Shown here in pieces: positions 38,774 through 51,475 of a stretch of DNA of 64,000 nt; within the stretch, counting starts at the first letter, position 1, and each line of letters opens with the position of its first letter. The notes below the pieces were generated by a model, which searched no databases, was not told the DNA's origin, and saw only the letters and a program-made list of their open reading frames with translations. This stretch comes from Planktothrix sp. GU0601_MAG3. GTDB taxonomy: Bacteria > Cyanobacteriota > Cyanobacteriia > Cyanobacteriales > Microcoleaceae. Position numbers and translations under genes: made by a program. The stretch covers positions 1,844,578-1,908,577 of the forward strand of contig CP136572.1 in the NCBI GenBank assembly GCA_035193785.1, written 5' to 3'.

Positions 38774-40608
38774 ATGATTAAAAACAGCAACACTCCCGTG
38801 ATTAGAAAAAGAAGCTCAACCATGGCTTCCCCCACTTCCACTCCGGTATTTAGTTCCGGTTTCCCTGAAAATTATTCCTTTAGGGGGATTACATGAAATC
38901 GGAAAAAACACTTGCATCTTTGAATATGAAGATGAAATTGTGATTTTAGATGCGGGTTTAGCCTTTCCCACCGATGGAATGCACGGCGTCAATATTGTTT
39001 TACCCGATGTCACCTATCTGCGGGAAAACCGAGAAAAAATCAAGGGGATGATTGTTACCCATGGCCATGAAGATCATATTGGGGGCATTGCTTTTCACCT
39101 GAAACAATTTGATATTCCGGTAATTTATGGCCCTCGGTTAGCGATGGCATTATTACAGGGAAAATTAGAAGAAGCCGCCGTAGCCGACCGCACGGAATTA
39201 CGCTCGGTGCGTCCCCGGGAAATGGTCAGAATTGGGAAATATTTCCTAGTAGAATATATTCGCAATACCCACTCCATTGCTGATAGTTTTACCGTCGCCA
39301 TTACAACTCCTGTGGGTGTGGTAATTCATACGGGAGATTTTAAAATTGATCATACTCCGGTGGATGGAGAATTTTTTGATTTGCAACGGTTGGCCGAATA
39401 TGGAGAAAAAGGGGTTCACTGTTTATTAAGTGACTCTACAAACGCTGAAATTCCTGGGTTTACCCCGTCTGAAAGTTCCGTTTATCCCAACTTAGAGCGG
39501 GTTTTTTCCCAAGCTCAGGGTCGGATTTTAGTCACAACTTTTGCTTCCTCGGTTCACCGTCTGAATATTATTTTAGATATTGCTCAAAAGCAGGGACGGT
39601 TAGTATCGGTGGTGGGTCGATCTATGTTGAATGTGATTGCCCACGCTCGGACATTAGGATATATCAAATGTGAAGATCGGTTGTTTGTGCCTCTGAATGC
39701 AATTGGTGGGATTCCTAATGATAAATTGCTGATTTTAACCACCGGATCTCAAGGGGAACCTTTATCGGCATTAACCCGAATTGCCAACGGCGATCATCGT
39801 CAAATTAATATTAAGCAAGGCGATACTGTGGTCTTTTCCGCTAACCCGATCCCTGGGAATACAATTGCCGTGGTGAATACCATTGATAAATTGATGATGC
39901 TGGGAGCAAATGTGATTTATGGACGGGAAAAAGGGATTCACGTTTCCGGTCATGGATGTCAGGAAGATCACAAATTAATGTTAGCTTTAACTCGTCCGAA
40001 ATTCTTTGTTCCTGTCCATGGGGAACACCGGATGTTAGTTCAACACCAAAAGACGGCCCAAAGTATGGGGATTCCGGCAGAAAATATGGTGTTAATTGAT
40101 AATGGTTTTGTGGTGGAATTAACCAAAGAATCTATCCGAATTGCGGGTAAAGTTCAAGCCGGAATTGAACCTGTGGATGCCTCTCGCTCCGGGGTGGTTA
40201 AAGATGAAACCATGAAGGAACGCCGTCAGTTAGCCGAAGAAGGGATAGTTACAATGGCGGTGGCTGTGGGAACCGATGGTAAGTTATTGGCACGGCCTGA
40301 GATTCATTTGAAAGGGGTTGTAAATAGCGTTAATCAGGCTTCTTTACAAGAACAATTAACCCAAACTATCGAAACGGTTTTAAGTGAACGTTGGACAGAA
40401 TTTGCCCGCACTTTTGACTCAGAAACTAAAGAAGTGGATTGGGAAGGGTTAAAAGTTCAAGTCGAACGCTCTATCCAGCGTGTCCTGCGTCGCGAAATTG
40501 CCAGTAATCCTTTGTTGGTTTTATTAGTTCAAATTCCTGACGAAGAAACCTGCTACAAAACTCACGGGTCGCCGTCGTCCTCGCAGCACCGCAAGAGTGG
40601 CTTCTTAG
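38774..40608 (+). CDS. rnj: Ribonuclease J (frameshifts at 38859 and 40545)
   Basis: Corrected start reads KIIPLGGLHEIGKN; THGHEDHIG, HVSGH and PVHGE. Confidence 0.93.
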
Positions 40609-40675
40609 GCTAAGAAAAACTTGATAAACCAAACCCGGCGACTTTCGAGAAACCGGGTTTGTTATTTAATAAACC

Positions 40676-43460
40676 ATGATTAACCCTCGCTCCAAGACAG
40701 TCAAAAAAACCAGACAAATTCCCCTGAGATTATTGTTAATTATCCCCTTTGTGGTGCAAATTGTGGTGGCTGTGGGACTGGTGGGTTATCTTTCCTATCG
40801 CAGTGGACAAAAAGCGGTAGAAAATATGGCGGATCAGTTAATGGATCAGGCAACTAATCGAGTACAGGATCACCTCAACATATCTCTGCAAACTTCACAG
40901 CAAACCATAGGGGTTAATCATCGTGACACTCAACGGGGTCGCCTGAATATCAAGGACTTTGAGTTAGTCCGTCAGCACTTATGGGAACAGATTAATTTAG
41001 CTCCAAGATTAGCGATCACTTCATATATTAATGCACAGGGAAAACAAATTGGTTATGGACGGATCATCAACCAAGAATTTGTTGAATTAGCCCAAAAATT
41101 AACGGCGGAAAAAGATATCCAGATTGGCACACTTTTCTTATATGAAGTGAGTTCTACAGAGAAAAAAATACAGAATCAATATTTAGTTGATCAAGACGGT
41201 AAGCGTCGCAAACATACTTATTCAGTGCCTGTTGATCATACGGTAGCACCCTGGTATCTACAGGCCAAAGCTGTTAAAAAACAAACTTGGTCAAAAATTA
41301 ATGTTTCCAAAATTGCCCCATCATTGACTATCAATGCCGTATTTCCTATTTTCGATGGGGGTGGAAAATTTCAAGGTGTTTTTAACTCTAGTTTAATGTT
41401 GTCGGATATTAGCACTTTTTTAAGTCAATTACGATTCTCGCCATTTGGACAAAGCTTTATCATAGAGCGTTTCTGGTGATCTCGTCGCCACATCAACATT
41501 GGAGCGTCCTTTTGTAAATCTGATCAATAAACCGCTTGCTCGTTTACCTGCGACTGAAAGTCAGAATGGATGGACAAAGGCGATCGCGATTCACCTGAAA
41601 CAGCAATACCAAGATTTAAGCCAAATTCAAAAGGATTCACACTTTCAAGTCCATGTTAAAGGAAACACACTTTTTACCCAAGTTGTACCTTATCAAGATC
41701 AATATGGTTTAGATTGGCTGCTGGTGACGGCGATCCCCCAGTCTGACTTTATGGGAAAAATTAATGCCAACACCAAAATCACAATTTTACTTTGTTTATT
41801 GACTTTAGGAATTGCTACAGGATTAGGAATTATTACATCAAATTTAATTACTACACCAATTCAAAAATTAAGTCAAGCGAGTCGGGCGATCACTGAAGGT
41901 AAATTAAGTCAAGTTATAGAAGTCCAAGGGGTTTCTGAACTAGAAACTTTAGCTGATTCTTTTAATCAGATGGCGAGTCAGTTACAAACTGCTTTTGAAA
42001 CTTTAGAACATCGGGTTAATGAACGCACAGCAGAGTTAGTTATTGCTAAGGAAAAAGCCGAATTTGCTAATCAAGCGAAAAGTAGTTTTATTGCTAATAT
42101 GAGCCATGAGTTGCGATCGCCCTTAAATGCTATTATCGGCTTTTCTCAAGTTATGTTAAGAAGCCCCGATCTCCCCCTAAAACAATCGGAAAACGCCGGA
42201 ATTATTTATCGCAGTGGTGACTATCTTTTAACTTTAATTAATAATATTCTGGATTTATCTAAAATAGAAGCTGGAAAAACCAACCTAAATCTAACTAATT
42301 TTGACCTGTATCGGTTATTAGATGATTTAGAAGATATGCTGGATTTACGAGCTAGTAATGCCGGATTAAAATTAATCTTTCAACGGAGTGAAAATGTTCC
42401 TCGCTATATCTACACCGATGAAGTTAAATTGCGTCAAGTCTTAATTAATTTACTCAGTAATGCTATTAAATTTACCAAAGAAGGGGCTATTACCTTAACG
42501 GTTTTTCAGGAAGAAGACTCAACGGACATTATTAGCTTAAATTTTAAAATTCGGGATACTGGAGTAGGAATTTCTCAAGCCGAATTACCCAAACTATTTG
42601 AATCTTTTACCCAAACTCAATCGGGAAAAGAAGCCCAAGAAGGCACGGGTTTAGGATTAGCTATTAGTCGGAAATTTGTGCAACTGATGGGAGGAGATAT
42701 TGTTGTAGAAAGTCAACTGGGTCAAGGGACAACCTTCTCTTTTCAAATTCAAGCCAAACCGGGTCAGAATATTAACGATGAACCCATAAAAACTCGACAA
42801 AAAGTATTGGGTTTAGCTCCCAATCAACCGATTTATAAAATTCTAACCGTTGATGATAAAAAAATTAATTGTCAGTTATTAATTCAACTTTTGGAACCCT
42901 TGGAATTTGAGATCAAAATAGCACAGAATGGCAAAGAAGCGATCGCAATATGGGAGGAATGGGAACCCCATTTAATCTTTATGGATATGCGAATGCCCGT
43001 AATGGATGGCTATGAAGCGACTAAATATATTAAATCAACCACCAAAGGCAATGCCACGGCTATAATTGCTGTAACAGCGAGTGTATTAGAAGAAGAAAAA
43101 GCCATTGTCTTATCGGCGGGTTGTGATGATTTTATGAGAAAACCTTTTACAGAATATCAAATTTTTGAGGTTATCGCTAAACATTTAGGAGTAAAATATA
43201 TCTATACAGAAATACAGCCTATTTTAACTCCTTCCCCAGATCATAAAATAACTTCAGATGCTTTAAAAGTCATGTCTAATAACTGGATTGATCAACTCTA
43301 TAAGGCAGCGCTTGAAGCTGATCTCCAAGTTGTGATTAAATTAATTACAGAAATTCCAGATTCGGAAATTTATTTAATCCAATTTTTAACCAAGGCGGTG
43401 CGAAAATTTCAATTTGAACAGATCATTGATTTAGCCGAGCCTTTAATCATTAATGATTAG
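40676..43460 (+). CDS. Hybrid sensor histidine kinase, paralogue of 13887-16704 (frameshift at 41469)
   Basis: [20 protein letters not shown] and FMDMRMP. Confidence 0.87.
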
Positions 43461-43474
43461 CGATCGCACTTCAA

Positions 43475-44038
43475 TTATATTCCTGATCTTAAAAGTATTA
43501 ACAAACGCTGTAATTCTCTGCAAGCCGCCCTCAAAGAATCTGGTGCATTTTCAGATAAGCCCTGAGAATGACATTCCTTAGCTAGATTCTCAACAGAAGG
43601 TTTACAGAAAGCCTCATTGTTCTGAAATTTTGCATACTTATCTTCCTCATTAACAACTTCTCCTTGCAAGAAATGTATCCAAGTCTCAATATTGTGCTTA
43701 GGAATAAAGATAGCAATAGCTTCATCGGATCGACGATCGGGCTGGGAATCTTCACCAAGAGCATTTGTTAACTGATTTAGTCGCTCCTGCAATGTACCAT
43801 TATCTGCATCAATTAACACAACTAATCCAATCGAAATGCGGTTTCTATTCTGGCGATAGGCTTTGACTTCTGCGACATATTGGGTTCGTACATACTGTTC
43901 TCCAGATTGACTACCCTTCGGGCAAATGTTAGGTCGAAATGGCCCTGTAAAACCTCGCATTTTTAGGAAATGACGAGCAAAAACTTCCTGCTGTCTATCT
44001 TCACAAAGAATAACAATCTGAACTCTACGCTGGCTCAT
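43475..44038 (-). CDS. TOPRIM-like (RloB/DUF4276-like) protein, partner of the ATPase
   Basis: VILCED at the N-terminus, LIDAD (DxD) and NIETW; start overlaps the ATPase stop. Confidence 0.55.
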   Translation of the reverse strand: MSQRRVQIVILCEDRQQEVFARHFLKMRGFTGPFRPNICPKGSQSGEQYVRTQYVAEVKAYRQNRNRISIGLVVLIDADNGTLQERLNQLTNALGEDSQPDRRSDEAIAIFIPKHNIETWIHFLQGEVVNEEDKYAKFQNNEAFCKPSVENLAKECHSQGLSENAPDSLRAACRELQRLLILLRSGI

Positions 44039-45144
44039 TCAACCATCCCCTGGCAATTAATTCTGAAACAGGTAATCCAGAATCGTCAGCCACTTCACTA
44101 CTAATTCGTTTTACTCTTACAGGTGCATTACTTTGACGCTCAAACCAATAGCCAATTGGTGAAGCTAAAAGATAGTTAATTAACTCAGGATGGTGAGAAA
44201 TTAGTAAACTTTGAAGTTGACTTTCACTACAAAAATCATAAAGCTGAATCAACCAAGGTTGGATTTCCGGCAAGGCTAAAAAATTTTCAGGTTTCATCAA
44301 TACATAAAGTATAGTCTTCTGATTTCGTGCCATAAATAAGTGTATATAAAGCAATTAAAGTTTTTTGTCCGTCTGATAATTCTCCCAGACGATATTCAAT
44401 GGGTTTGGCGCTATTACTTGCTCCAGAAAAACGTAATTTCAGCACTATATTTTGTTCACTAACTTGCTCAAACTTAAAGCTGTTGAAACCATTTAGAACA
44501 TCTCTTAAAATATTGCCTATTTCAGCTACCTTGCCTTGGTCATCAGAAAGGTAGCGATACCAAGAAACAAAATTTTCTATCTTGGTAGTTAATCGTATTT
44601 CTTTTTGGTTACTTTCATCAACCATCAAGCTCGGAATGATTTGGACAATAATAAATCGTTTGATCCGATTTTTAAACCAAGTTAACTTCGTGTTGTCGTT
44701 TCTGGGCATCAAAGTAGCAAGCATAGACTGTGACCAATCAAACGAATATTGAGGGCCTTCTGAATAATTGTCTCGATAAAGCTGAACTTCTCCCAACTCA
44801 AATTTTAGTAAAAGCTGATTGTCATACCACAAACGCTCATATTCAACACGACATTTATCTTGATCATGACCAATACCCAACTCATATTTATAAATGCCGT
44901 TATTACCGATAATCTCTAGCTCAAAACGTTGGACTTGTAAGGTTTGCCAGCGAGTGCAGTCTGATGATAGAAAAATTTTCTCTAGCTTACTATCACCGTT
45001 AACAAATTCCTGAATTTTCTGCAAAACTTTAAAAATAGTTGATTTACCCGATCCATTTGAACCGAGAAATAGATTGATAGAATCAACTTTAAGTTCAAAA
45101 TTTACCAAACAACGAAAATTATCAATGTAAATCCGTTTTAGCAT
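44025..45144 (-). CDS. ABC-type ATPase, AAA_15/AAA_21-like (frameshift at 44291)
   Basis: IDNFR, Walker A GSNGSGKS, signature LSDGQ, Walker B LCIDEPE (corrected) and ISHHP. Confidence 0.85.
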
Positions 45145-45289
45145 AATATTTTCTGATTAAGGTAACACTTATAATAGCTACCAAACACTTACTTTACCAT
45201 GATTAGTGATTTTTCCAAATAGAGCCGATAAAATGATCGGGTGATAGGGATAAAATTTTGATAAATTCACCCCATCACCCCCCTCTATA

Positions 45290-47961
45290 TTAACCTCCAA
45301 TCATCGTTGGTTGGGGTTCAAACACGGGGAAAATGTGATCGCCTTTGTAATTATCAGAAACTAAAGGATGACCATAATAGGCATCAATTAACAGTTGTTT
45401 CAAGTCTTTAATCAAAGGATAACGGGGATTAGCTCCAGTACATTGATCGTCAAAAGCTTGATCTGCAACTTCATCTAATTTAGCCAGAAATTCCGCTTCG
45501 CTAATATCTTTTAAAACCTCTTTAATAGAAGCCGGGATTCCCACTTGGCGCTTTAATTCTTCGATGGCTAAAATCAAATGATCGATTTTTTGATCTTCCG
45601 TTTCTCCCCCTAAGCGCAGATAGTCCGCAATCCGAGAATAGCGCCATTTGGCATTCGGATATTTATACTGGGAGAAAGTGGCTTGTTTGAACGGAACATC
45701 GGTGGCATTATAACGAATTACATAACTAATCATTAAGGCATTAGCTAACCCGTGGGGAATGTGGAATGTACCACCTAATTGATGGGCTAAGGAGTGACAA
45801 ATTCCCAGGAATCCATTAGCAAATGCCATCCCCGCCATGGTAGAAGCATAGTGCATTTTTTCCCGGGCTTTAGGATCATTGGCTCCATTTTGATAGGAAC
45901 TGGGCAGGTATTTAAAGATTAACCGAATTGCCTCTAAAGATAACCCATTGGTATATTCCGAAGCCAACACCGAAACATAGGATTCTAGGGCGTGGGTTAG
46001 GGCATCAACTCCTCCAAAAGCCGTTAAACTTTTGGGCATATTTAACACCAATTCCGGGTCAACAATTGCCATATTTGGTGTTAACGCATAATCGGCTAAG
46101 GGATATTTAATATTAGTGCGACGGTCGGTAACTACGGCAAAGGGCGTGACTTCTGACCCAGTTCCCGAAGTAGTCGGAATCGCAACTAACATGGCTTTTT
46201 TCCCCAAAGGCGGCAATTCATAAACCCGTTTCCGAATATCCATAAACCGCATGGCTAACCCTTCAAATTCGATATCAGGATGTTCATACATTAGCCACAT
46301 AATTTTAGCTGCATCCATGGGAGAAACCGCCCCCAATGGCAATAATTACATCGGGTTTAAAGGTATTCATTAAGGTTAATCCCCGTTGTACCGTATCTAA
46401 AGACGGGTCGGGTTCAACATCGTAGAACACATCATATTTAATGCCAATTTCCTCTAAAACTCCTTCCAGGGAACGGGTAATTCCTAAATCAAATAGGGGT
46501 TTATCCGTAACAATAAAAGCCCGCTCTTTTCCGGCTAATTCTCGAATGGCAACGGGTAAAGATCCATATTTGAAATATACTTTGGGAGGAATCCGAAACC
46601 AAAGCATATTTTCTCGACGTTCGGCGACGGTTTTAATGTTTAATAAATGCCGAGGTTCGACGTTTTCACTGATAGAATTTCCGCCCCAACTTCCACATCC
46701 TAAAGTTAAAGAAGGGTCAAGACGGAAGTTATAAATATCACCAATTGCTCCTTGGGAAGACGGAGTATTAATTAAAACTCGGGCGGTTTGAACGGTATCT
46801 TCAAACTTTTTAATATGGTTGATATTGTTGGGAGAAGTGTATAAAGAAGCCGTGTGTCCCCGTCCCCCTAACTGTACTAAAGTATCGGCTTTTACCACCG
46901 CATCCTCAAAATCCTTAGCCCGATACATAGCTAAAATGGGGGAAAGTTTTTCATGGGAAAAGGGATCATTTTCGTCAACTTCTACCCCTTCTCCAATAAT
47001 TACCCGGGTTTCTTCGGAAACACTAATTCCGGCTAATTCGGCTAATTTTTGTACAGGTTGACCGACAATTTCCCCATTCAAATGTCCGTCAACAAAAATC
47101 ACCTTGGCCATGCGTTCCCGTTCTTCGGGATTGAGGAAATAAGCTCCACGCAAAATAAATTCCTGCTTGACTTCTTCGTAAACAGAATCGACCACAATTA
47201 CCGATTGTTCACTGGCACAAATCATGCCATTATCGAAGGTTTTACTAATAATAATTGAGGAAACGGCCATTTTAATATGGGCGGTATCGTCAATTAAGGC
47301 TGGAGTATTCCCCGCCCCGACTCCCAGGGAGGGATTACCGGAGGAATAGGCTGCCCGTACCATTCCTGGCCCTCCGGTGGCTAAAATCAGTTTAATGTCC
47401 GGGTGCTGCATCAGGGTTTGGGACAGGGGGACAGTGGGTTGGTCAATCCAGCCAATAATATCTTCCGGGGCTCCGGCGGCGACGGCGGCATCCAGGACAA
47501 TTTTCGCGGCGGCGGTGGTACAATTTTTAGCCCGGGGATGGGGGGAAAAAATAATCCCGTTGCGGGTTTTGAGGGCAATTAGGGCTTTAAAAATTGCCGT
47601 TGATGTGGGGTTTGTGGTGGGAACAATTCCGGCTAAAATTCCCACGGGTTTCGGCGATTTTTTGAAAGCCAAAGGATTTGTCTTCTTCAATCACCCCACA
47701 GGTTTTTTCCTGTTTATATTTATTGTAAATAATTTCTGAGGCAAAGTGGTTTTTAATCACCTTATCTTCTACAACCCCCATGCCGGTTTCTTCTACGGCC
47801 ATTTTTGCTAAAGGAATCCGGGCAGCATTTGCCGCGAGTGCTGCTTTTTTGAAAATGTAGTCTACCTGTTCCTGAGTATAGGTTGCATATTTTTGTTCCG
47901 CCACCTTCACCCGTTGGATTAGGGCTTCAAGTTGATCAATGTTTGTGACTTTATCCATCAT
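45290..47961 (-). CDS. adhE: Bifunctional acetaldehyde-CoA / alcohol dehydrogenase (frameshifts at 47648 and 46323)
   Basis: PTTNPTST, ATGGPGMV, KTFDNGMICASEQ, GGGSPMD (corrected) and PTTSGTGSE. Confidence 0.95.
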
Positions 47962-48174
47962 AATATATCCGCCTGTTTCGGTTTGGATTCAGGTTGTTGT
48001 GGTGTTCGTTTATATGATAATATTTTTTATCAATTTTGGAATCGGGCGGGGACAAAATCACTCAATTTTAATATAAACTTAATACAAATTTAAGATTAAA
48101 GCCCTATTTTGAGGATCGGAAACCTTTTATCATGGATCTATAATTGAATCAACTCTTAAACTGATAACTGATAC

Positions 48175-48199
48175 AGACGCGCCATGGCACGTCTCTACA
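48175..48199. repeat. Second copy of the REP-like palindrome, flanked by CTGATAACTGAT direct repeats
   Basis: Identical to 27583-27607; direct repeats at 48161-48172 and 48200-48211. Confidence 0.75.
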
Positions 48200-48215
48200 C
48201 TGATAACTGATTTCT

Positions 48216-50964
48216 ATGGTAGCCACAACAACTCGAATTTCTGACCCCGCCCATGATGTCTTACGCTACGAACATCAGTCTCTGAATGCGATTTTCAACC
48301 CCAAAACTGTGGCGGTGATTGGAGCGACAGAAAAGCCAAATAGCGTGGGTAGAACTCTACTATGGAATTTAATTAGTAGTCCGTTTGGGGGGATGGTTTT
48401 TCCCGTGAATCCCCATCGTAATAGTATTTTAGGAATTAAGGCTTATCCTAGTATTAAAGATACCCCAGAACCCGTTGATTTAGCGATTATTGCCACCCCA
48501 GCCCCCAGTGTACCCGGGGTGATGGAAGAATGCGCCGCCGTCGGGGTGAAAGGGGTGATTATTTTATCGGCTGGATTTAAAGAAATCGGCTCGAAAGGAA
48601 TAGAATTAGAACAGAAAGTTTTAGAAATTGCGCGATTAAATAAAATTAGAATTATCGGCCCCAACTGTTTAGGATTAATGAATCCCTTAACCGGACTTAA
48701 TGCCACCTTTGCTAATGCCATGGCAAAACCGGGAAGCGTTGGCTTTATTAGTCAAAGTGGGGCTTTATGTACTTCGATTTTAGACTGGAGTTTCCGAGAA
48801 AATGTCGGGTTTAGTGCCTTCGTTTCCATCGGTTCGATGTTAGATATTGATTGGGGAGATTTAATCTATTATTTGGGCAATGACCCCCACACTAAAAGTA
48901 TAGTTATCTATATGGAATCTATCGGGGATGCCCGATCTTTTTTATCCGCAGCTAGGGAAGTCGCCCTCACTAAACCGATTATTGTAATTAAAGCCGGACG
49001 CACCGAAGCCGCCGCCAAAGCCGCCGCCTCCCACACCGGAGCCATGGCCGGAAGTGATGATGTTTTAGATGCCGCTTTTCGACGCTGTGGCATCCTGCGA
49101 GTTTATCATATCGCCCATTTGTTCTCGATTGCGGAACTTCTGAGCAAACAACCCCGACCCAAAGGGCCACGACTCACGATTTTAACCAATGCCGGAGGGC
49201 CGGGGGTCTTAACCACAGATACCTTAATTGGGGAAGGAGGCACCCTCGCCCAACTCTCGGGCGAAACCCTGGCGGCCCTAAATCAAGTCCTACCGCCCCA
49301 ATGGAGCCATGATAACCCCATTGATATTCTAGGGGATGCCGATCCCGAACGCTATGCCAAAGCCTTTGATATCGTAGTAGAAGATCCGAATAGTGACGGT
49401 ATTTTAGTGATTTTGACTCCCCAGGCCATGACTGACCCCAGTAAAACGGCGGAACAGTTGAAAGACCGTTGTTTGACCATGCCCCATAAACCGATTTTAG
49501 CGAGTTGGATGGGGGGTGCGGATGTGGAATCGGGGCTTAAAATTCTCAATCAAGCCAATATTGCCACCTTTTTCTATCCCGACTCGGCGGTACGGATGTT
49601 TAACTATATGTGGCGCTACACCTACAATTTAAAAGGTTTGTATGAAACCCCTAGTTTACCCAAGGCTGGTGAGGATGAAAGTCTGGTTTGTGATTGTGTA
49701 CAACATCTGATTAACTCGGTTTTAGCCGAAGGACGCACCCTATTAACGGAGTTTGAATCCAAACGCCTACTTTCGGCCTATGGGATTCCCACGGTACAAA
49801 CCCATATCGCCTCAACCCTCGATGCCGCCGTCAACTCAGCCGAAACAGTTAGGGTATCCGGTAGTCTTGAAACTCCTCTCCAAAACCATCACCCATAAAA
49901 CCGATGTGGGCGGAGTAAAACTCAACCTCGATACCCCAGAAGCCGTCCGTCAAGCCTATGCCGCCATTGAAAGTTCCGTGACCCAACAGGTGGGGGCGGA
50001 ACATTTCCAAGGAGTGACAGTACAAAAAATGGTCAAATTAGAAGGCTATGAATTGATTATTGGCAGTAGCCTTGACCCCCAATTTGGCCCGGTGTTGTTG
50101 TTTGGCATGGGTGGGCAATTAGTCGAAGTCTTCAAAGATCGGGCCTTAGCCTTGCCTCCGTTAAATACGACCCTTGCCCGACGGATGATGGAACAAACCA
50201 AAATTTATAAAGCCCTGTTAGGGGTGCGGGGACGGCATTCGGTGGATATGGAAGCCTTAAAAGAATTATTAGTCCGGTTCTCGAATTTAGTGGTGGAACA
50301 GCCTTGGATTAAAGAGATTGATATTAACCCGTTATTGGCTTCGGAAAATGAGTTAATTGCCTTAGATGCCCGGGTAGTCTTACATTCCCCCGACACCAAA
50401 CCCGAAGATTTACCTAAACCCGCCATTCGCCCCTATCCTCGGCAATATATCACCCATTGGACATCGAAAAAAGGCATGGCGATTACCATTCGGCCCATTC
50501 GCCCTGAAGATGAACCTTTGATGGTCAAGTTTGATGAAAGTTTATCGGAGGAAAGTGTTTATTTGCGTTATGCTCATCTGGTGAAACTCAGTTCCCGTGT
50601 CACCCATGAACGCCTATCAAGACTGTGTTTTATTGATTATGACCGAGAAATGGCTTTAGTCGCCGAATATCAACAGCCCGAAACCAGGGAAAATAAAATT
50701 ATTGGGGTGGGAAGGCTGAGTAAAGGCTATGGTAACGATGAGGTGGAATTTTCCCTACTGGTGAGTGATAATTACCAACGTCAAGGAATTGGTACGGAGT
50801 TATTGCGCCAATTACTCAATATTGCGCGTCAAGAGAAAATGCCTCTAATTTTTGCTGAAATTCTCAGCGATAATCGAATTATGCAGAATATTTGTCAACA
50901 ATTAGGGTTTACCTTAAATCGGGTTATTGGTGAACCGATGGTCAGGGCAGAAATTCAATTGTAA
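48216..50964 (+). CDS. Acetate-CoA ligase (ADP-forming) family / GNAT fusion, Pat-like (frameshift at 49842)
   Basis: [25 protein letters not shown], and C-terminal [12 protein letters not shown]...QRQGIG. Confidence 0.9.
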
Positions 50965-51146
50965 TTTACTAGAAACCGGGTTTTTGTCATCAAGAATAGA
51001 GTATGGAGAAACCCAGTTTTTGATAATTTGTGAGAGTATTCCTCGGGTTAAATTATCCTATTTTATAACCTTGATATAATTAGAGAATTAAATATTTTTA
51101 TTATAGGCGATCGCTTTAAAAATATGAAAATTACTATTTTCTACCC

Positions 51147-51473
51147 GTAGGGGCGGGTTCTCCCAGATATTTGATATTCACAAACCCTCTAACAAAACCC
51201 GCCCCAAATTATAAACCGGGTTTTTGCAGAAATCTTTGTTAACAACCGAAATATTGAGAAAAAACCCGGTTTCTGAGGTTAAAACGGGGCGGGTTTTTAT
51301 AAACCGGGTTTTTGCAGAAATCTTTGTTAACAACCGAAATATTGAGAAAAAACCCGGTTTATGAGGTTAAAACAGGGCGGGTTTAGAAAAATTATCTGTC
51401 AATATCAGAAATTATTATAGAACCCGCCCCTACAATTAGAAACCGGGTTTTTAGGAAAAACCCCGGTTTCTGG
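51147..51473. repeat. Mosaic of REP-like palindromes containing an 88-bp tandem duplication
   Basis: Perfect 15-bp inverted repeats at 51147-51161 and 51419-51433. Units 51209-51296 and 51297-51384 differ at 2 positions. Confidence 0.85.
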
Positions 51474-51475
51474 AT

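Noticed and set aside
51147..51473. CRISPR array
   Set aside because: The would-be spacers are duplicated, the repeats are inverted pairs, and no cas genes are present.
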